The position numbers and the translations under genes were made by a program. Shown here one piece after another: positions 30,449 to 41,840 of a DNA stretch of 64,000 bases. The notes under the pieces are model-generated. The model made no database searches, was not told where the DNA came from, and saw only the letters and a list, made by a program, of their open reading frames with translations. Source of the stretch: Candidatus Doudnabacteria bacterium (GTDB lineage Bacteria; Patescibacteriota; JAQUNI01); the NCBI GenBank assembly GCA_041644975.1, contig JBAZQX010000007.1:1906-65905 (forward strand), given 5' to 3'. The stretch's first letter is position 1. The number at the start of each line of letters is the position of its first letter.

Positions 30449-31726
30449 TTATTCAGGACACAACATCTTGATTACCTTTTTATTCCGAATTAGACTCTGA
30501 ATGTAGTCGCGATAGACGGGACTCTCAAACTTATCTTTCATCTCTGTGTTGTTTGGATAAAGCTTCAATATTTGATCTATTTCCGCTTCCGTCTCTTTTT
30601 CCGCGACCTGGACTTTCTCGCGCCGCGCGATTTCCCGCAGTACCAAGCTTGTTTTAATCCTTTTCTCCGCAGCCTTGTCCCAAGCCTGTAACAGATCGGC
30701 GCGGCTTTTTTTGATGCTTTTTAAATAATCCTCAAGCCTGCCCCCTTGACTCTCTATATCTTTCTTTAGTTCCTGCATCATCCTTTCTTTTTCCGCATCT
30801 AATAAAACCGGGGGGATTTCTACTTTTACCGAAGCGCATACCTTGTCTAAAACTTTGAGTTCATATTTTTCCCGCATCCTCGTTTCTGCCTCGGTTTGAA
30901 GGTTTGCTCGCAGTTTCTTTTTTAAGACCATTAAAGAAGTAAAACGCGGGCTTAAACTCTGCGCAAATTCGTCGCTCACTTCAGGTATTTTTACCTCTTG
31001 CACCAGATTCATTTTGACCTGAAAGCGCGCCAAACGACCGGCAAGATGCTGATGCAAATATTCTCGCGGAAATCTTAAATTAAACGCCTTTTCATCACCC
31101 TTCTTCATCCCTAGAATTTGATCCTCAAAGCCTGGCACAAATTGTCCTTGCCCTAAAATTAAGGGGTGGTTTTGGCTTACTCCCCCCTCAATAAGGTTGT
31201 TTTTAAGATAACATTTGAAATCAATTTCTACCCTGTCTCTCTTTCGCGCTTCGCGAGAAACAGTAATATACGCGGCGCGCGTCTCCTGTAACTTCTTCAC
31301 CAAGGCCTCTGTGTCTTTTATTGTCACTTTTTTTACTTTCGGCTTAGCAACTTTTACGTTCTTGTAACTGCCCAAAATTACTTCTGGCATCACGGCCGCT
31401 ACTACTTTAAAAAGTAAAGGATTGTCCGGCGCTATTTTTAAAATACTTATTTGGGGTTTACCCAAAACATCCATCTTCTTTTCGATAAATACCCTCTTCA
31501 GAAAAGAAGGTAAGCCTAGCTTCACGGCTTCTTCCCAAAGCTGCGCCCTGCCCACCTGTCTTTCCACTAATTCTCTAGGGGCAGCGCCGGGCCGAAATCC
31601 GTTGATTTTGATTCCCCGCGCAATCTCCCGTGCGGCAGATTCTAAAAAAGGCTTAATTTCCTCCGTGTCCACTTCCACATTTAATTCCACTTGCGATTGG
31701 GGTAATTTTTTGAATTCAATTTTCAT
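30449..31726 (-). CDS. tig: Trigger factor
   Basis: GFRPGAAP, FVPGFEDQILG FKBP domain. Confidence 0.93.
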   Translation of the reverse strand: MKIEFKKLPQSQVELNVEVDTEEIKPFLESAAREIARGIKINGFRPGAAPRELVERQVGRAQLWEEAVKLGLPSFLKRVFIEKKMDVLGKPQISILKIAPDNPLLFKVVAAVMPEVILGSYKNVKVAKPKVKKVTIKDTEALVKKLQETRAAYITVSREARKRDRVEIDFKCYLKNNLIEGGVSQNHPLILGQGQFVPGFEDQILGMKKGDEKAFNLRFPREYLHQHLAGRLARFQVKMNLVQEVKIPEVSDEFAQSLSPRFTSLMVLKKKLRANLQTEAETRMREKYELKVLDKVCASVKVEIPPVLLDAEKERMMQELKKDIESQGGRLEDYLKSIKKSRADLLQAWDKAAEKRIKTSLVLREIARREKVQVAEKETEAEIDQILKLYPNNTEMKDKFESPVYRDYIQSLIRNKKVIKMLCPE

Positions 31727-31841
31727 TCTGTTTAATTTCAATCCCCTCTACTTGATCTGAAAAAATAAAAAAGGAGTGAAAGCCCCTTTTTTACTCGAGG
31801 GCGGGGTTCCCTCCAAAAAAAGCTTTTTGGGGGGGGATTAT

Positions 31842-33830
31842 TTAATGAATCATTTTAACAAGTAAGGGAGCAATAAGTAAAGAAACAATAGCCAGCAGTT
31901 TAATTAAAATATTTAAGGCGGGACCGGAAGTGTCCTTAAAGGGATCGCCAACCGTATCACCCACCACGGCTGCTTTATGACTATCAGAACCCTTGCCGCC
32001 TAAATGGCCTTTTTCAATGTATTTCTTGGCATTATCCCAAGCCCCGCCGGCGTTAGCCATCATCACGGCTAACAAAAATCCAGTCACTGTCGCGCCCGCC
32101 AGAAGACCGCCTAAGGCGGCAGGTCCCATCACAAAACCCACCAAAAGCGGCGCGCCAATAGTGACAATGCTGGGTAAAACCATCTTTTTGAGAGCCGCGC
32201 TGGTGGATATAGAGACACAACGACTGTAATCTGGTTTTGCTTTGCCTTCCATTAAGCCCTCAATCTCCCGAAATTGGCGGCGCACCTCTGTCACCATTTC
32301 CATTGCCGCGTCACCGACTGCCCGCATGCTCAAAGCCGAAAAAAAGAAAGGAAGCGCCCCCCCAATAAACATTCCTGCCATCACTCTGGGATCGCTAATA
32401 TCAATAAATTGAAGACCAATGCTTTCAGTATAGCTTGCGAATAAAGCTAGAGCGGTTAAAGCAGCGGATCCAATGGCGAATCCTTTACCCATAGCGGCGG
32501 TAGTGTTGCCCACAGCGTCTAAACTCTCGGTGCGCTCTCTTACCTCCCCGCCCATCCCTGCCATTTCCGCAATGCCGGCGGCATTATCCGCGACGGGACC
32601 ATAGGTATCCGCCGCGAGCGTAATCCCTAAAGTAGAAAGCATACCCACAGCGGCAATGGCAACGCCATACAGGCCAAACAAGGCATAGCTTGCCCAGATG
32701 CCTAAAGCGACCACCAAAACTGGAATAATCGTGCTTAACATCCCTAAAGAAAGTCCTTGAATAATGTTTGTAGCCGCTCCCGTCTCCGAACTCTCTGCGA
32801 TTTTTTGGGTGGGCTTATTATTATCCGAAGTGTAATATTCGGTCACATAACCAATAATTACGCCCGCCATCACCCCCACTAAAGTGGCGTAAAAAATTTT
32901 GATGTCGTCAACAATGTGAAAAACCTCTACCACCAAATAAGATCCGACAATCATCAAGAGAGCGGCGCCATAAATGCCGCGATTTAAAATACTGCTCACT
33001 TTTTTGGCTCCGCGGGAGACCTGAACAATAATGTTTCCAAAAAGGGAAGCTAAAATACCTACTGCGGACAAAAGCAAAGGCAAAGCTACGGCATCACCCT
33101 GTAAAGTCGCCGGAAAGACCAAAACGCCGATCGCCATCGCCGCAATGATAGAGTCCACATAAGATTCAAAAAGATCAGCGCCCATACCCGCCACATCACC
33201 CACATTATCACCCACATTATCTGCGATCACGGCGGGATTGCGCGGATCATCCTCGGGAATGCCTTTTTCTATTTTACCGACCAAATCCGCTCCCACATCC
33301 GCGGCCTTGGTGTAAATTCCGCCTCCTACTCTCGCAAACAAGGCGATGGAAGAAGCGCCAAAGCCAAAACCATAAATAATCCTAGGGTCGCGCACGAGCC
33401 AGTATAGTAAAGCTACGCCCAAAAGCCCCACAGAAACCACGGATAGTCCCATCACCGAACCCGAGGAAAAAGCAAGCAACAGGCCTTTTTGCACGCTTTG
33501 CGCTGCAGCCTGGGCAGTCCGCACATTGGCGCGCGTCGCAATCCGCATGCCAATATTACCTACCAGCGCCGAAAAAATCGCTCCCAATAAAAAAGCTCCG
33601 GCGGTTTTGTAACCCAACACGATATACAGCACAAAACCAAAAACTAAAACAAAAACGGCGAGGATTTTATACTCTTTATGCAAAAAAGCCATCGCTCCCT
33701 CATGAATTGCCGCAGAGATCTCGCGCATTTTTTCCGTGCCTGCATCCTGACGCAAAATTTTCACAGCCAAAAAGAGAGCAAACAAAAGACCCAAAAAAGC
33801 AATAATAACGGAGAAGATAATAGCAGACAT
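31842..33830 (-). CDS. hppA: Membrane-bound ion-translocating pyrophosphatase, K+-dependent type
   Basis: [49 protein letters not shown]. Confidence 0.95.
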   Translation of the reverse strand: MSAIIFSVIIAFLGLLFALFLAVKILRQDAGTEKMREISAAIHEGAMAFLHKEYKILAVFVLVFGFVLYIVLGYKTAGAFLLGAIFSALVGNIGMRIATRANVRTAQAAAQSVQKGLLLAFSSGSVMGLSVVSVGLLGVALLYWLVRDPRIIYGFGFGASSIALFARVGGGIYTKAADVGADLVGKIEKGIPEDDPRNPAVIADNVGDNVGDVAGMGADLFESYVDSIIAAMAIGVLVFPATLQGDAVALPLLLSAVGILASLFGNIIVQVSRGAKKVSSILNRGIYGAALLMIVGSYLVVEVFHIVDDIKIFYATLVGVMAGVIIGYVTEYYTSDNNKPTQKIAESSETGAATNIIQGLSLGMLSTIIPVLVVALGIWASYALFGLYGVAIAAVGMLSTLGITLAADTYGPVADNAAGIAEMAGMGGEVRERTESLDAVGNTTAAMGKGFAIGSAALTALALFASYTESIGLQFIDISDPRVMAGMFIGGALPFFFSALSMRAVGDAAMEMVTEVRRQFREIEGLMEGKAKPDYSRCVSISTSAALKKMVLPSIVTIGAPLLVGFVMGPAALGGLLAGATVTGFLLAVMMANAGGAWDNAKKYIEKGHLGGKGSDSHKAAVVGDTVGDPFKDTSGPALNILIKLLAIVSLLIAPLLVKMIH

Positions 33831-33980
33831 AATTTTTACCAGTAAACCCCGTTAGCCCAGTTAGAAATAAATTTCTAAACGGGATCAGAGAACCTCGTTC
33901 TTTAATGGGGTAAATTTTAATTGATATTTGATTAAAAATTATAGTTTCTCGTTAGAAAAAAGTCAACCCAAAAAAATATA

Positions 33981-35168
33981 TTACTCATCCTTAGCACTTT
34001 TCTTCTTTTTATCGTCTCCCTCCTTGCCCTGTTTCTTTTTGGATTTCACTTTTTCTTCACCTTTCTTCTCTGCCTCCTTTTCTGGTTCTTTTGCCTTTGT
34101 TTCTTCCACACTTTCCTTCTCTACGGCTTTCACGTCTATCTTCCAATCTGTGAGTTTGGCGGCGAGGCGCACATTTTGTCCTTCTTTGCCAATTGCCAAA
34201 GATAATTGATCAGATGCGACAAAAACGCGAGCCAGCCTTTCTCTTTCATTTAATTGGACATGAGACACCTTAGCCGGAGCAAGGGCATTGGTCACAAAAC
34301 GCGCCGGATCTTCGCTCCATTCAATAATATCAATTTTTTCACCATTAATTTCATTAATCACGGCTTGCACCCTGGACCCGCGCTGGCCTACGCAAGCGCC
34401 GATAGGATCCACCTCTCTGTCGCTACTTACGACCGCAACTTTACTGCGCAAACCCGCTTCTCTAGCCACGATTTTAATCTTCACTACTCCCGAATTCACC
34501 TCTGGCACTTCCAAACCAAAAAGGATCTTAATAATTTCCGGACTGGTGCGCGATAGAATAATCTCTGGCCCCTTCGCTCCCTCCCGCACTTCGGTAATAT
34601 AGACTTTAAGCCTCTGGTTCACCTGGTAACGCTCGTTACGCACCTGCTCCGAAGGCGGAACAAAACCGGTAGTCTGCCCTAAATCCACAAAAATCGTGCT
34701 CCCTTCCACTCTTTGGATCACTCCATTCATAAGCTCGCCCTCCCGCCCCTTGAAGGCGCAAAACAGCGCTTCGCGCTCGGCTTCGCGAATCCTTTGAATA
34801 ATTACCTGTTTCGCGGTCTGGGCTGCCACCCGACCATAATCGCCAGGAGGTTCTATGGGAGTGACAAGCTCATCGCCCACTTTTATTTTTTTCTTCTTTT
34901 GCTTGGCCTCCGAAAGAATAATCTCTTTCCGCGGATCTTTGATTTCGGCATCGTCTGCCACCACCTCTTTCACGTCAAAAAGGTCAAAATTGCCGGTTTT
35001 AGGATTATATTTGGCTCTGGTATTTTCATTGGGTTTTCCATAATCCTTGCGGTAAGCCGCGGCGAGCGCCGCCTCCACGGTTCCAAAAACAACATCGCGG
35101 CTAATCCCCTTTTCATCACAGATTTGATTAATTGCCGCATCAAATTCTTTGTTGATAAAATTGTTCAT
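33981..35168 (-). CDS. nusA: Transcription factor NusA
   Basis: GRVAAQTAKQVI, AREAGLRSKVAV, LAIGKEGQNVRLA. Confidence 0.97.
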   Translation of the reverse strand: MNNFINKEFDAAINQICDEKGISRDVVFGTVEAALAAAYRKDYGKPNENTRAKYNPKTGNFDLFDVKEVVADDAEIKDPRKEIILSEAKQKKKKIKVGDELVTPIEPPGDYGRVAAQTAKQVIIQRIREAEREALFCAFKGREGELMNGVIQRVEGSTIFVDLGQTTGFVPPSEQVRNERYQVNQRLKVYITEVREGAKGPEIILSRTSPEIIKILFGLEVPEVNSGVVKIKIVAREAGLRSKVAVVSSDREVDPIGACVGQRGSRVQAVINEINGEKIDIIEWSEDPARFVTNALAPAKVSHVQLNERERLARVFVASDQLSLAIGKEGQNVRLAAKLTDWKIDVKAVEKESVEETKAKEPEKEAEKKGEEKVKSKKKQGKEGDDKKKKSAKDE

Positions 35169-35304
35169 AAAGACATTTTAATTTTTAGAATGTTTTAAAA
35201 AATAATTTTATAAAAATATCCTGTCCGAAACAGGATTCACTGACCGTTCACAATCTCACTGTTTTAAGTATAGCATAGGGTTTTAAAAAGGCAACTATTC
35301 CGAT

Positions 35305-35673
35305 TTATTCTTCCACCGCATTCTTAAAATGCTCCAAGTGCGCCGACCTTCTCGGATAATCCAAAGTAATGCCGACCACATCAACGCGAAAATCCTGTTC
35401 TATACCTTTCTCATTTAGATAGGCGTAAGCGGTTCTTAATAATTTTCTTTGTTTAAAAAAATCAACCGCTTCCTGCGGTTCGCCAAAATCCCCGCTCGTT
35501 CTTGTCTTGACCTCCACAAAAACCAACATCTTGGCTTTCTTGTCTAAAGCTAAAATGTCAATCTCTCCCTCCCTCTTTTGAAAATTGCGCTCCAAAATTT
35601 TGTAACCCTTCTTCTTTAGATAACGACAAGCCAAATTCTCGCCTAGCCTCCCCACTCTTTGCTTCCTCATCAT
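35305..35673 (-). CDS. YraN-family (UPF0102) nuclease
   Basis: GENLAC, GEIDIL, FVEVKTR, RVDVVGI. Confidence 0.9.
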   Translation of the reverse strand: MMRKQRVGRLGENLACRYLKKKGYKILERNFQKREGEIDILALDKKAKMLVFVEVKTRTSGDFGEPQEAVDFFKQRKLLRTAYAYLNEKGIEQDFRVDVVGITLDYPRRSAHLEHFKNAVEE

Positions 35674-35683
35674 AATCCTAAAA

Positions 35684-36226
35684 TTATTTTTTGTAGACCA
35701 ACGCGTAATGATAAGGGCTCGGATCCCAAGAATCAAGCAAATCTAAACCCAAATCTTGGGCAAGCTCCTTCACCTTGTGTTCTGAAATTCTATTGTCCGG
35801 CAAAGGCCCAAAAGGCAAATCCTGAAGTTTCCAATCAATAATTAAAATCTTGCCATCTCCCTTGGTGATCCGTTTCGCCTCTTTGAAAATTTCCTGCGGC
35901 TTATCGTTTTGGAACAAAACATCAACCAACATAGCCAAGTCCAAAGTGTTATCGGGCAATTTTGTGCTTTGATAAACCTCCAAGTCCGCCCAAACCATTT
36001 TTATAATATCATCCAAACCCTCCATATGCGCCTTATCTTCCACCCCCGATAAAGCAGACTGCTGAATATCAATAGCATAAGCCACCCCTTTCTCGCCCAC
36101 AATCTTTGCCGCCGGCAGGATGAAAAAACCCGCCCCGCAGCCTAAATCCGCGGTTTTCATTCCTTGTTTTAAACCCACGCGGTCTAAAACTTCTTCTGGT
36201 TTAATAAAACCTTCAATTCTAGGCAT
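35684..36226 (-). CDS. Class I SAM-dependent methyltransferase
   Basis: ADLGCGAG, AIDI, IIDW. Confidence 0.85.
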   Translation of the reverse strand: MPRIEGFIKPEEVLDRVGLKQGMKTADLGCGAGFFILPAAKIVGEKGVAYAIDIQQSALSGVEDKAHMEGLDDIIKMVWADLEVYQSTKLPDNTLDLAMLVDVLFQNDKPQEIFKEAKRITKGDGKILIIDWKLQDLPFGPLPDNRISEHKVKELAQDLGLDLLDSWDPSPYHYALVYKK

Positions 36227-36318
36227 AATATTAATGTAAAATGAAAAATGAAAAAATTAAAATGACAGTTTAAAATGTTAAAATGAAAAAATTTTAATTT
36301 TGAATTACCTTAACATAT

Positions 36319-36531
36319 CGTCATTGCGAGGGAGGCACCTTAGTGCCGACCAAAGCCCGCCCGCCTCGCCTGAAGCCGCGCCCGCCATGCTAGCCGCAAG
36401 GCGTTGCGGGCGGGCGAAGCGATGGCGGGCAGGCAATCTCATAAATCTGTATAAATACAGCTCGATGAGATTGCGGAGCCTGTCCCGAGCGGAAGCGAGG
36501 GATCGGGCTTGACGCCCTCCTCGCAATGACA
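36319..36531 (-). repeat. 135-bp CGTC-type element, copy A, with doubly nested insert
   Basis: Reverse complement of 63591-63725 plus insert 36356-36433. Confidence 0.85.
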
Positions 36532-36547
36532 AAATGAATATCGAAAA

Positions 36548-37183
36548 TTATTTTTTCAAAAATCCATACACTGGTCTAAAGCTCCGCCTATGAATCGCGC
36601 ACGGTCCGAACTGCGCCAACTTTTCTCTATGTTCTATTGTACCATAACCTTTATGAGAATCAAAGCCGTATTGGGGATATTTTTGGTGGAGGGCAAACAT
36701 AATCCGGTCCCGCGTCACCTTGGCAATAATTGAAGCGGCGGCGATTAAACGTTCTGAACCGTCTCCTTTCACAATCGGCTTTTGGGCATAAAGAAGAGCG
36801 GGAATTTTAAGATTGCCGTCCACTAAAACGCAATCAACTTTTTTGCGAAGCCCTAAAACCAAATTTTGCACTGCTATTCTCATTGCCCGAAAAGTGGCGC
36901 CCAAGATATTCAGTTCGTCAATTAAATATGGGCTCGCCGCCCCTAAGCCATATTGGCCTTCAGCCGCGATTAGTCTAAAAAGTTCCTCCCGCTTTTCCGG
37001 GTTGATTTTTTTAGAATCAGTAATTTCTTTCAAAAAAAGATTACCCTGCGCGTTATGAGGCAACCAGACCGCCGCCGCGATGACCGGCCCGGCCCAAGGA
37101 CCTCTGCCCGCTTCATCAACGCCAATGATGATTTTATGACCGTCATTGATTAATTTTTTTTCGATTTTGGAGAGTAAGGACAT
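36548..37183 (-). CDS. rnhB: Ribonuclease HII
   Basis: GVDEAGRGP, DSKK, VDG, AAASIIAKVTRD, KGYGT. Confidence 0.96.
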   Translation of the reverse strand: MSLLSKIEKKLINDGHKIIIGVDEAGRGPWAGPVIAAAVWLPHNAQGNLFLKEITDSKKINPEKREELFRLIAAEGQYGLGAASPYLIDELNILGATFRAMRIAVQNLVLGLRKKVDCVLVDGNLKIPALLYAQKPIVKGDGSERLIAAASIIAKVTRDRIMFALHQKYPQYGFDSHKGYGTIEHREKLAQFGPCAIHRRSFRPVYGFLKK

Positions 37184-37476
37184 TTTATTACCCTGAATTA
37201 CGAAATGTGCGATTAGATTCTAACCCTTTTTTTTTATCAGGGGGGAAAATTTAACCCCTCTCTAATCTCCCCTTGTCCTCCTACTTCCGCCCGGGGCGGA
37301 CTTCGGCGGGACACGGTCCTCCTTCGCCCCTCACTTGCCAAACAAGTAAGGGGCTTCGGCAGGACACGGTCAGGGGAGGTTTATCTACACTAAATATACC
37401 AATTTATTTTCATTTTGACCATTTTGGAAAATAAAAAAGAGCTGAATTTGTTCAGCTCCAATAATTAAAGTGCAAA

Positions 37477-38493
37477 CTAAGAAATCTCCATCATGTTTTT
37501 CTGAAAATCTTCTAAATTCATACCTATCAAACGTTTGAAAATTTCACGATAACGTCTTGTTGTATAGACAATGACTTCCTCTGGCACTTGGACATTGCCG
37601 ACAAAAGCAACGTGTTCGGAATTTTCAGGATCAAGATTGTTAATCCCCTGACCCCAAGGCGTCTCAATTGTCTTCCCCCACTGGCGCACGGGTTCTTTGT
37701 CATAACCCGATGGCGCTTCTCCTCTTTGAGCGGCATCCTGCCACTCTGTTTTATCCCAAAACCGGGAAGAGTCTGGAGTCAAAACCTCATCAGCGAGCGT
37801 TAAAGGATGGTCTTTACTTAATCTGCCAAATTCAAACTTGGTATCGGCGATGATAACGCTCTTCCCCCGGGTATAAGCCGCGCATTGCTCATAGATCTTC
37901 AAGGACAGATCTTCTAACTTGGGACCATATTTTTGACTTACATCTCTGGCAGTAAGGGGCTTATCGTGCCCTGATTCTGCTTTGGTAGTGGGCGTGAATA
38001 ATGGTTGCGGCAACATGGATCCATCATGAAGAAACGGGCCTGGCTTATAACCATAAACCGAGCCATCTTTTTGATAAGATTTCCAGGCTCCCCCCGTGAG
38101 GTATCCCCTTACCACACATTCCACTGGCTCCATATTCAGTCGCCGGACTATAATACTCCGCGCTTGTAACTCGGCATTATTACGCAATTCTCCTATGCGA
38201 GGGAGGTAATAATCAATACCTTTGCCATAAGCTACTAAATGATGTTTAATGCCTTTCAGTATTTGGGTTAACCAAAATACAGTCAACCCCGTCAGGATTG
38301 CGCCCTTTTGGGGAACCAGGCAATTAAGCACAAAATCGAAAATACTCACTCTATCAGTGGCGACCACCAAAAGATAATTGGGTAGTCTATATGTATCCCG
38401 CACTTTACCTTGATAGACCTCACTAAACCCTTCATCTTCTAAAAGACGACTCAAACCGGTTTCTCTAACCGCTTCCGGAATTTTTGCGCTCAT
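37477..38493 (-). CDS. purC: SAICAR synthetase
   Basis: GKVRD, TDRVSIFD, ECVVRGYLTG, ADTKFEFG, DEVLTPDSSRFW. Confidence 0.95.
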   Translation of the reverse strand: MSAKIPEAVRETGLSRLLEDEGFSEVYQGKVRDTYRLPNYLLVVATDRVSIFDFVLNCLVPQKGAILTGLTVFWLTQILKGIKHHLVAYGKGIDYYLPRIGELRNNAELQARSIIVRRLNMEPVECVVRGYLTGGAWKSYQKDGSVYGYKPGPFLHDGSMLPQPLFTPTTKAESGHDKPLTARDVSQKYGPKLEDLSLKIYEQCAAYTRGKSVIIADTKFEFGRLSKDHPLTLADEVLTPDSSRFWDKTEWQDAAQRGEAPSGYDKEPVRQWGKTIETPWGQGINNLDPENSEHVAFVGNVQVPEEVIVYTTRRYREIFKRLIGMNLEDFQKNMMEIS

Positions 38494-38525
38494 TTTCTAC
38501 TCCTTTCCAAATTGCTTTCTATGTT

Positions 38526-39953
38526 TCACATTTCCTTAACTTTTTGCTCTGCGAGCAGAGCTATCTCCAATGCTTTTTCTTGAGCATCCCCAGTATATTC
38601 TTCCGGATAATGGAGAAGCTGCCAAATGTCGTCCGGAATCCTCTGCACCACTTCACCTAAAGTTTCGTCTTGTTCAGCGAGCTTTTCAAGCGCGTCAAGT
38701 AAACTAATCTTTTCTTCAGTAGCGAGCGGCACTAACTTTCTGTTCACAAGCTCGTGAGCATCCTCTATATAACCTGCCATTTGCAAGGCAATATAAAGGG
38801 GCTCGGCCAAGACAAGGTCAGCGCTTGCGTCAAAGTTGCGTTGACATGCTTCCTCGTCTATCCTTATCTTCTCTAAAAAAGAGATTGCGTTCTCGTCTTT
38901 TCTTAGTAGTGTATTAAGCTGGTGCATTACATTGATAAGGATAATGGGAAAATCTCTAGCCACTGAACTGCCAACTAAATCCCGCTGGTGCTCACTGATT
39001 AATGTGTCCAGCACCTTGCCGAATTCATTTTTAGTTCTGATCCACATTCCCACTAGGTTTTCAAAATTGATGGGATTTCTTTTTTGCGCCATTGTAGAAG
39101 AGCCAACCGCTCCTGCCGCATAAAACTCAATTACCTCTGCGATTTCGCTCCGCATCAGATTGCGGCAATCTTGACCGAACTGCGCTAGGCTAGCCGATAG
39201 CATACAGAGTGAGAATAGAAAATACCCCAGGGGTTCGGGCGGTAAAATCTGCGTGCTGATCGGCGCCGCCTTCAAGTCCAATTTTTCTAAAACCCTTTGT
39301 TCAAAGCTTCTGTCACCGCAAAGTTTGGCAAACCCTAAACCTATTTGAGCATTATGCGCACCAACCGCTCCACCAATCTTCCCGCATAATCCCTTTGAGT
39401 AAAGCTCCACTTGACTGGCATTATAAATAACGCGGTATAAAGTGGTAGCGAGCCAAAAACCCACCGTAATCGGTAAGGCATGTTGGCCATGAGTGCGGCC
39501 GATCTGGATCTGATCCGCGAATTGGCGCACCAGCTTCGCGAAGATACTCATCAACTCTTGAATGGACGGCTTAAGGGCAAAGCAATAGGCGCGGTGAAAC
39601 TGGAGCATACGCCCAGTGTCCAAAGGATCATAACTCGTGAGCGGAATATGCACCCATCTGGCTAAACGCTCTCCAATAATTTCTTGCGCTATTCTAACCC
39701 AAGCTCGGATGTCGTGATGCGTGATTTCCCTCTCCACCTTATCTACTTCAGTCGTTGGAATATTCAAAACCGCTTCAATGATTTCAGGAGTTAATTCCTC
39801 CATTTCTTCCGGAGGGATAACCCCAATCTCTCCTAAAACTTGTAGGGTCGCGAGTTCTACTTCAGCCACAGTTTTATAGAGATTATCATAACCAAAATAC
39901 GGTATAAGCTGTTTCGGCTGGTAACGCGGATTGCCTGGCATTATTAAATTCAT
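38526..39953 (-). CDS. purB: Adenylosuccinate lyase (divergent)
   Basis: HDI, GRTHGQHA, GAVG, GSSTMAQKRNPINFE, HQRDL. Confidence 0.88.
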   Translation of the reverse strand: MNLIMPGNPRYQPKQLIPYFGYDNLYKTVAEVELATLQVLGEIGVIPPEEMEELTPEIIEAVLNIPTTEVDKVEREITHHDIRAWVRIAQEIIGERLARWVHIPLTSYDPLDTGRMLQFHRAYCFALKPSIQELMSIFAKLVRQFADQIQIGRTHGQHALPITVGFWLATTLYRVIYNASQVELYSKGLCGKIGGAVGAHNAQIGLGFAKLCGDRSFEQRVLEKLDLKAAPISTQILPPEPLGYFLFSLCMLSASLAQFGQDCRNLMRSEIAEVIEFYAAGAVGSSTMAQKRNPINFENLVGMWIRTKNEFGKVLDTLISEHQRDLVGSSVARDFPIILINVMHQLNTLLRKDENAISFLEKIRIDEEACQRNFDASADLVLAEPLYIALQMAGYIEDAHELVNRKLVPLATEEKISLLDALEKLAEQDETLGEVVQRIPDDIWQLLHYPEEYTGDAQEKALEIALLAEQKVKEM

Positions 39954-40172
39954 ATCTCTTTCTCCTTCCTGACATTTCCTTAATGAGTCTGTTGTATTCT
40001 TATTGCAATGAACAAATCCAACTAAATTCTTTCACCTCCTATGATTTAGTTGCGGGATTTAATCTAACATAGACCTTAAACACGGCATAAAAAAGTATTA
40101 GTCTATTATAAAGGAAATTCATCTAAAAATCCATATTAGGCCAAACAAAAAATTATATAGGACTTTCACGTT

Positions 40173-40248
40173 TGATGTCATCCCCGACCTGATCGGGGAT
40201 CCAGGTCGAATACACTAGTCCTGGATTCCCGCTTTCGCGGGAATGACA
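40173..40248. repeat. CGTC/GTCAT-type palindromic repeat within an outer inverted repeat
   Basis: gtcatccccg...gggaatgac; outer gactttcacg/tgcgaaagtc. Confidence 0.7.
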
Positions 40249-40332
40249 ATAAATATTTAAACTTAATTATTACAAAATGCGAAAGTCATTTTATAAAAAA
40301 CTCCTTGGATTTTTTCGCAAGGAGCAATAGGA

Positions 40333-40968
40333 TTAACGAACTCGGAGTTCGTTTTCCGCCTCTTCCCTAAAGAGCTTCATTTCGCCCGCGCCCAGACGGT
40401 TCACTTTAAAGATCAACTTCCTCCCTCCTCTTTGATCTTCACAAGTGAGCAGCCCCTCATATTTTTCGTTCGGCGTTTCAGAGGAAAGAATTTTAAGCTC
40501 ATTGCCTGTCTTGACAATGGCTAAGATTTTTACGATTTGCCAAGGATTATAAGCGGGCTGATCCGTATTCCATATCTGCTGGTCTATAATCATCCCATCG
40601 CCAGCCGTGATTTCCAGCCCTCTTCCCTTTGCATACAACACCACTAATAAATGGACTTTGGAATGCGACTTGAGATTAGGAGCGGTTAGAACTTTCTCCC
40701 CACCTTTCTGTTTTTTGAGATCAACATATCTGATCACATTTTTCACTGTTTTTTTTGAAAACCAAGGCACAATCGGCTTACGCACGACTTTTATTTCCAG
40801 AAGATCTTCTATGCAATCTTCTTTGATGGGAATGAATGTCTCCCCCACCTGAATTCCAGGCGGGTATCGGTCTAAGGGAATTTCAATCCCACCCATTATG
40901 TTGACTTCTTGCAGAGTTAGTTCATTAAAAGGCTGAAACCAATACACCGTGACGCAACGCAAATTCAT
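40333..40968 (-). CDS. Hypothetical protein
   Basis: GGAGG upstream, 211 aa, terminator downstream. Confidence 0.65.
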   Translation of the reverse strand: MNLRCVTVYWFQPFNELTLQEVNIMGGIEIPLDRYPPGIQVGETFIPIKEDCIEDLLEIKVVRKPIVPWFSKKTVKNVIRYVDLKKQKGGEKVLTAPNLKSHSKVHLLVVLYAKGRGLEITAGDGMIIDQQIWNTDQPAYNPWQIVKILAIVKTGNELKILSSETPNEKYEGLLTCEDQRGGRKLIFKVNRLGAGEMKLFREEAENELRVR

Positions 40969-41207
40969 TATTGACCTCCTCTCATAAGATTATTTTCACT
41001 CAAAGGACAAAACAAAGTTGTAAGTCTTCAAGGAGCAAAGCTCTCTCTATAAAAACTTATCAGATTTTGTCTTTAACGGCAAATTTTTTGAGCTCTTTCA
41101 TAAAAAGAAAAAAGCGGCTTCGTTTTTTTTATGACGGGTGCCGCTAGACCTATTGTTGTTCATCTTGCTTTCTTGCGAGCCAGATACTCCCTGCCCTTGC
41201 CAACGTC

Positions 41208-41465
41208 TCAGTAGCCGGGAATTTCGGTGACAAAATCTTTTGCCAAAACTGCTAACCTAATGTCCCACAGAACGAACCGGCCTTGGGTGGCCAGGTAGCC
41301 GACCTGCTGGCGAGGTTGTGGTGGTTCTTCAAGATAGAAATCCACACCCCCGTCACATATCTTCTCACATGTTACCTTTTTGTTTGATGTGGAAAGCGAT
41401 GTGGAAAGCCGAGAAGCAATCTCGTCTACTTCCATAGATCCGCACTTAAAAACTGCTTGGCTCAT
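41208..41465 (-). CDS. Hypothetical protein
   Basis: AAAGGGGG upstream, 85 aa. Confidence 0.5.
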   Translation of the reverse strand: MSQAVFKCGSMEVDEIASRLSTSLSTSNKKVTCEKICDGGVDFYLEEPPQPRQQVGYLATQGRFVLWDIRLAVLAKDFVTEIPGY

Positions 41466-41840
41466 TTTTTTACCCCCTTTCTACAGTGTTTGGTTTTCGA
41501 GGTACAAATTGAGTCAAGCACCAGCTTGACCCTCCTCTATCGTATGATACAACAAAACAAGGAAAAAGCAAGATTAAAAACAAAAAACAGTCCGCCTTTG
41601 GCGAGACTACAACGAATAGCATGAAAAAATTTTCTTTTACAAGATGTGATTTGAGCCGATATTTTTATCAGGTTCTTTGGCAGTTTTTTACCTCTTGAAA
41701 AGAGGCAATAATTTCAAGTTTTTTATGAGTTAATCATAACTCATTACAGTAAATTCCTCAAGAAAAATGAGCTTGAAAAATTCACTGCTTTGGCGGCAAA
41801 TTCTTTTCGGAAAATAAAGGGGGTTCAATCCCCGAAGGAA

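Noticed and set aside
36300-36532. Similar short ORFs at 18315, 36300, 36305, 55864 and 63474 as a protein family
   Set aside because: Similarity comes from the shared DNA repeats; frames and strands are inconsistent.
39954-40140. Purine or ZTP riboswitch before purB
   Set aside because: No recognisable aptamer motifs.
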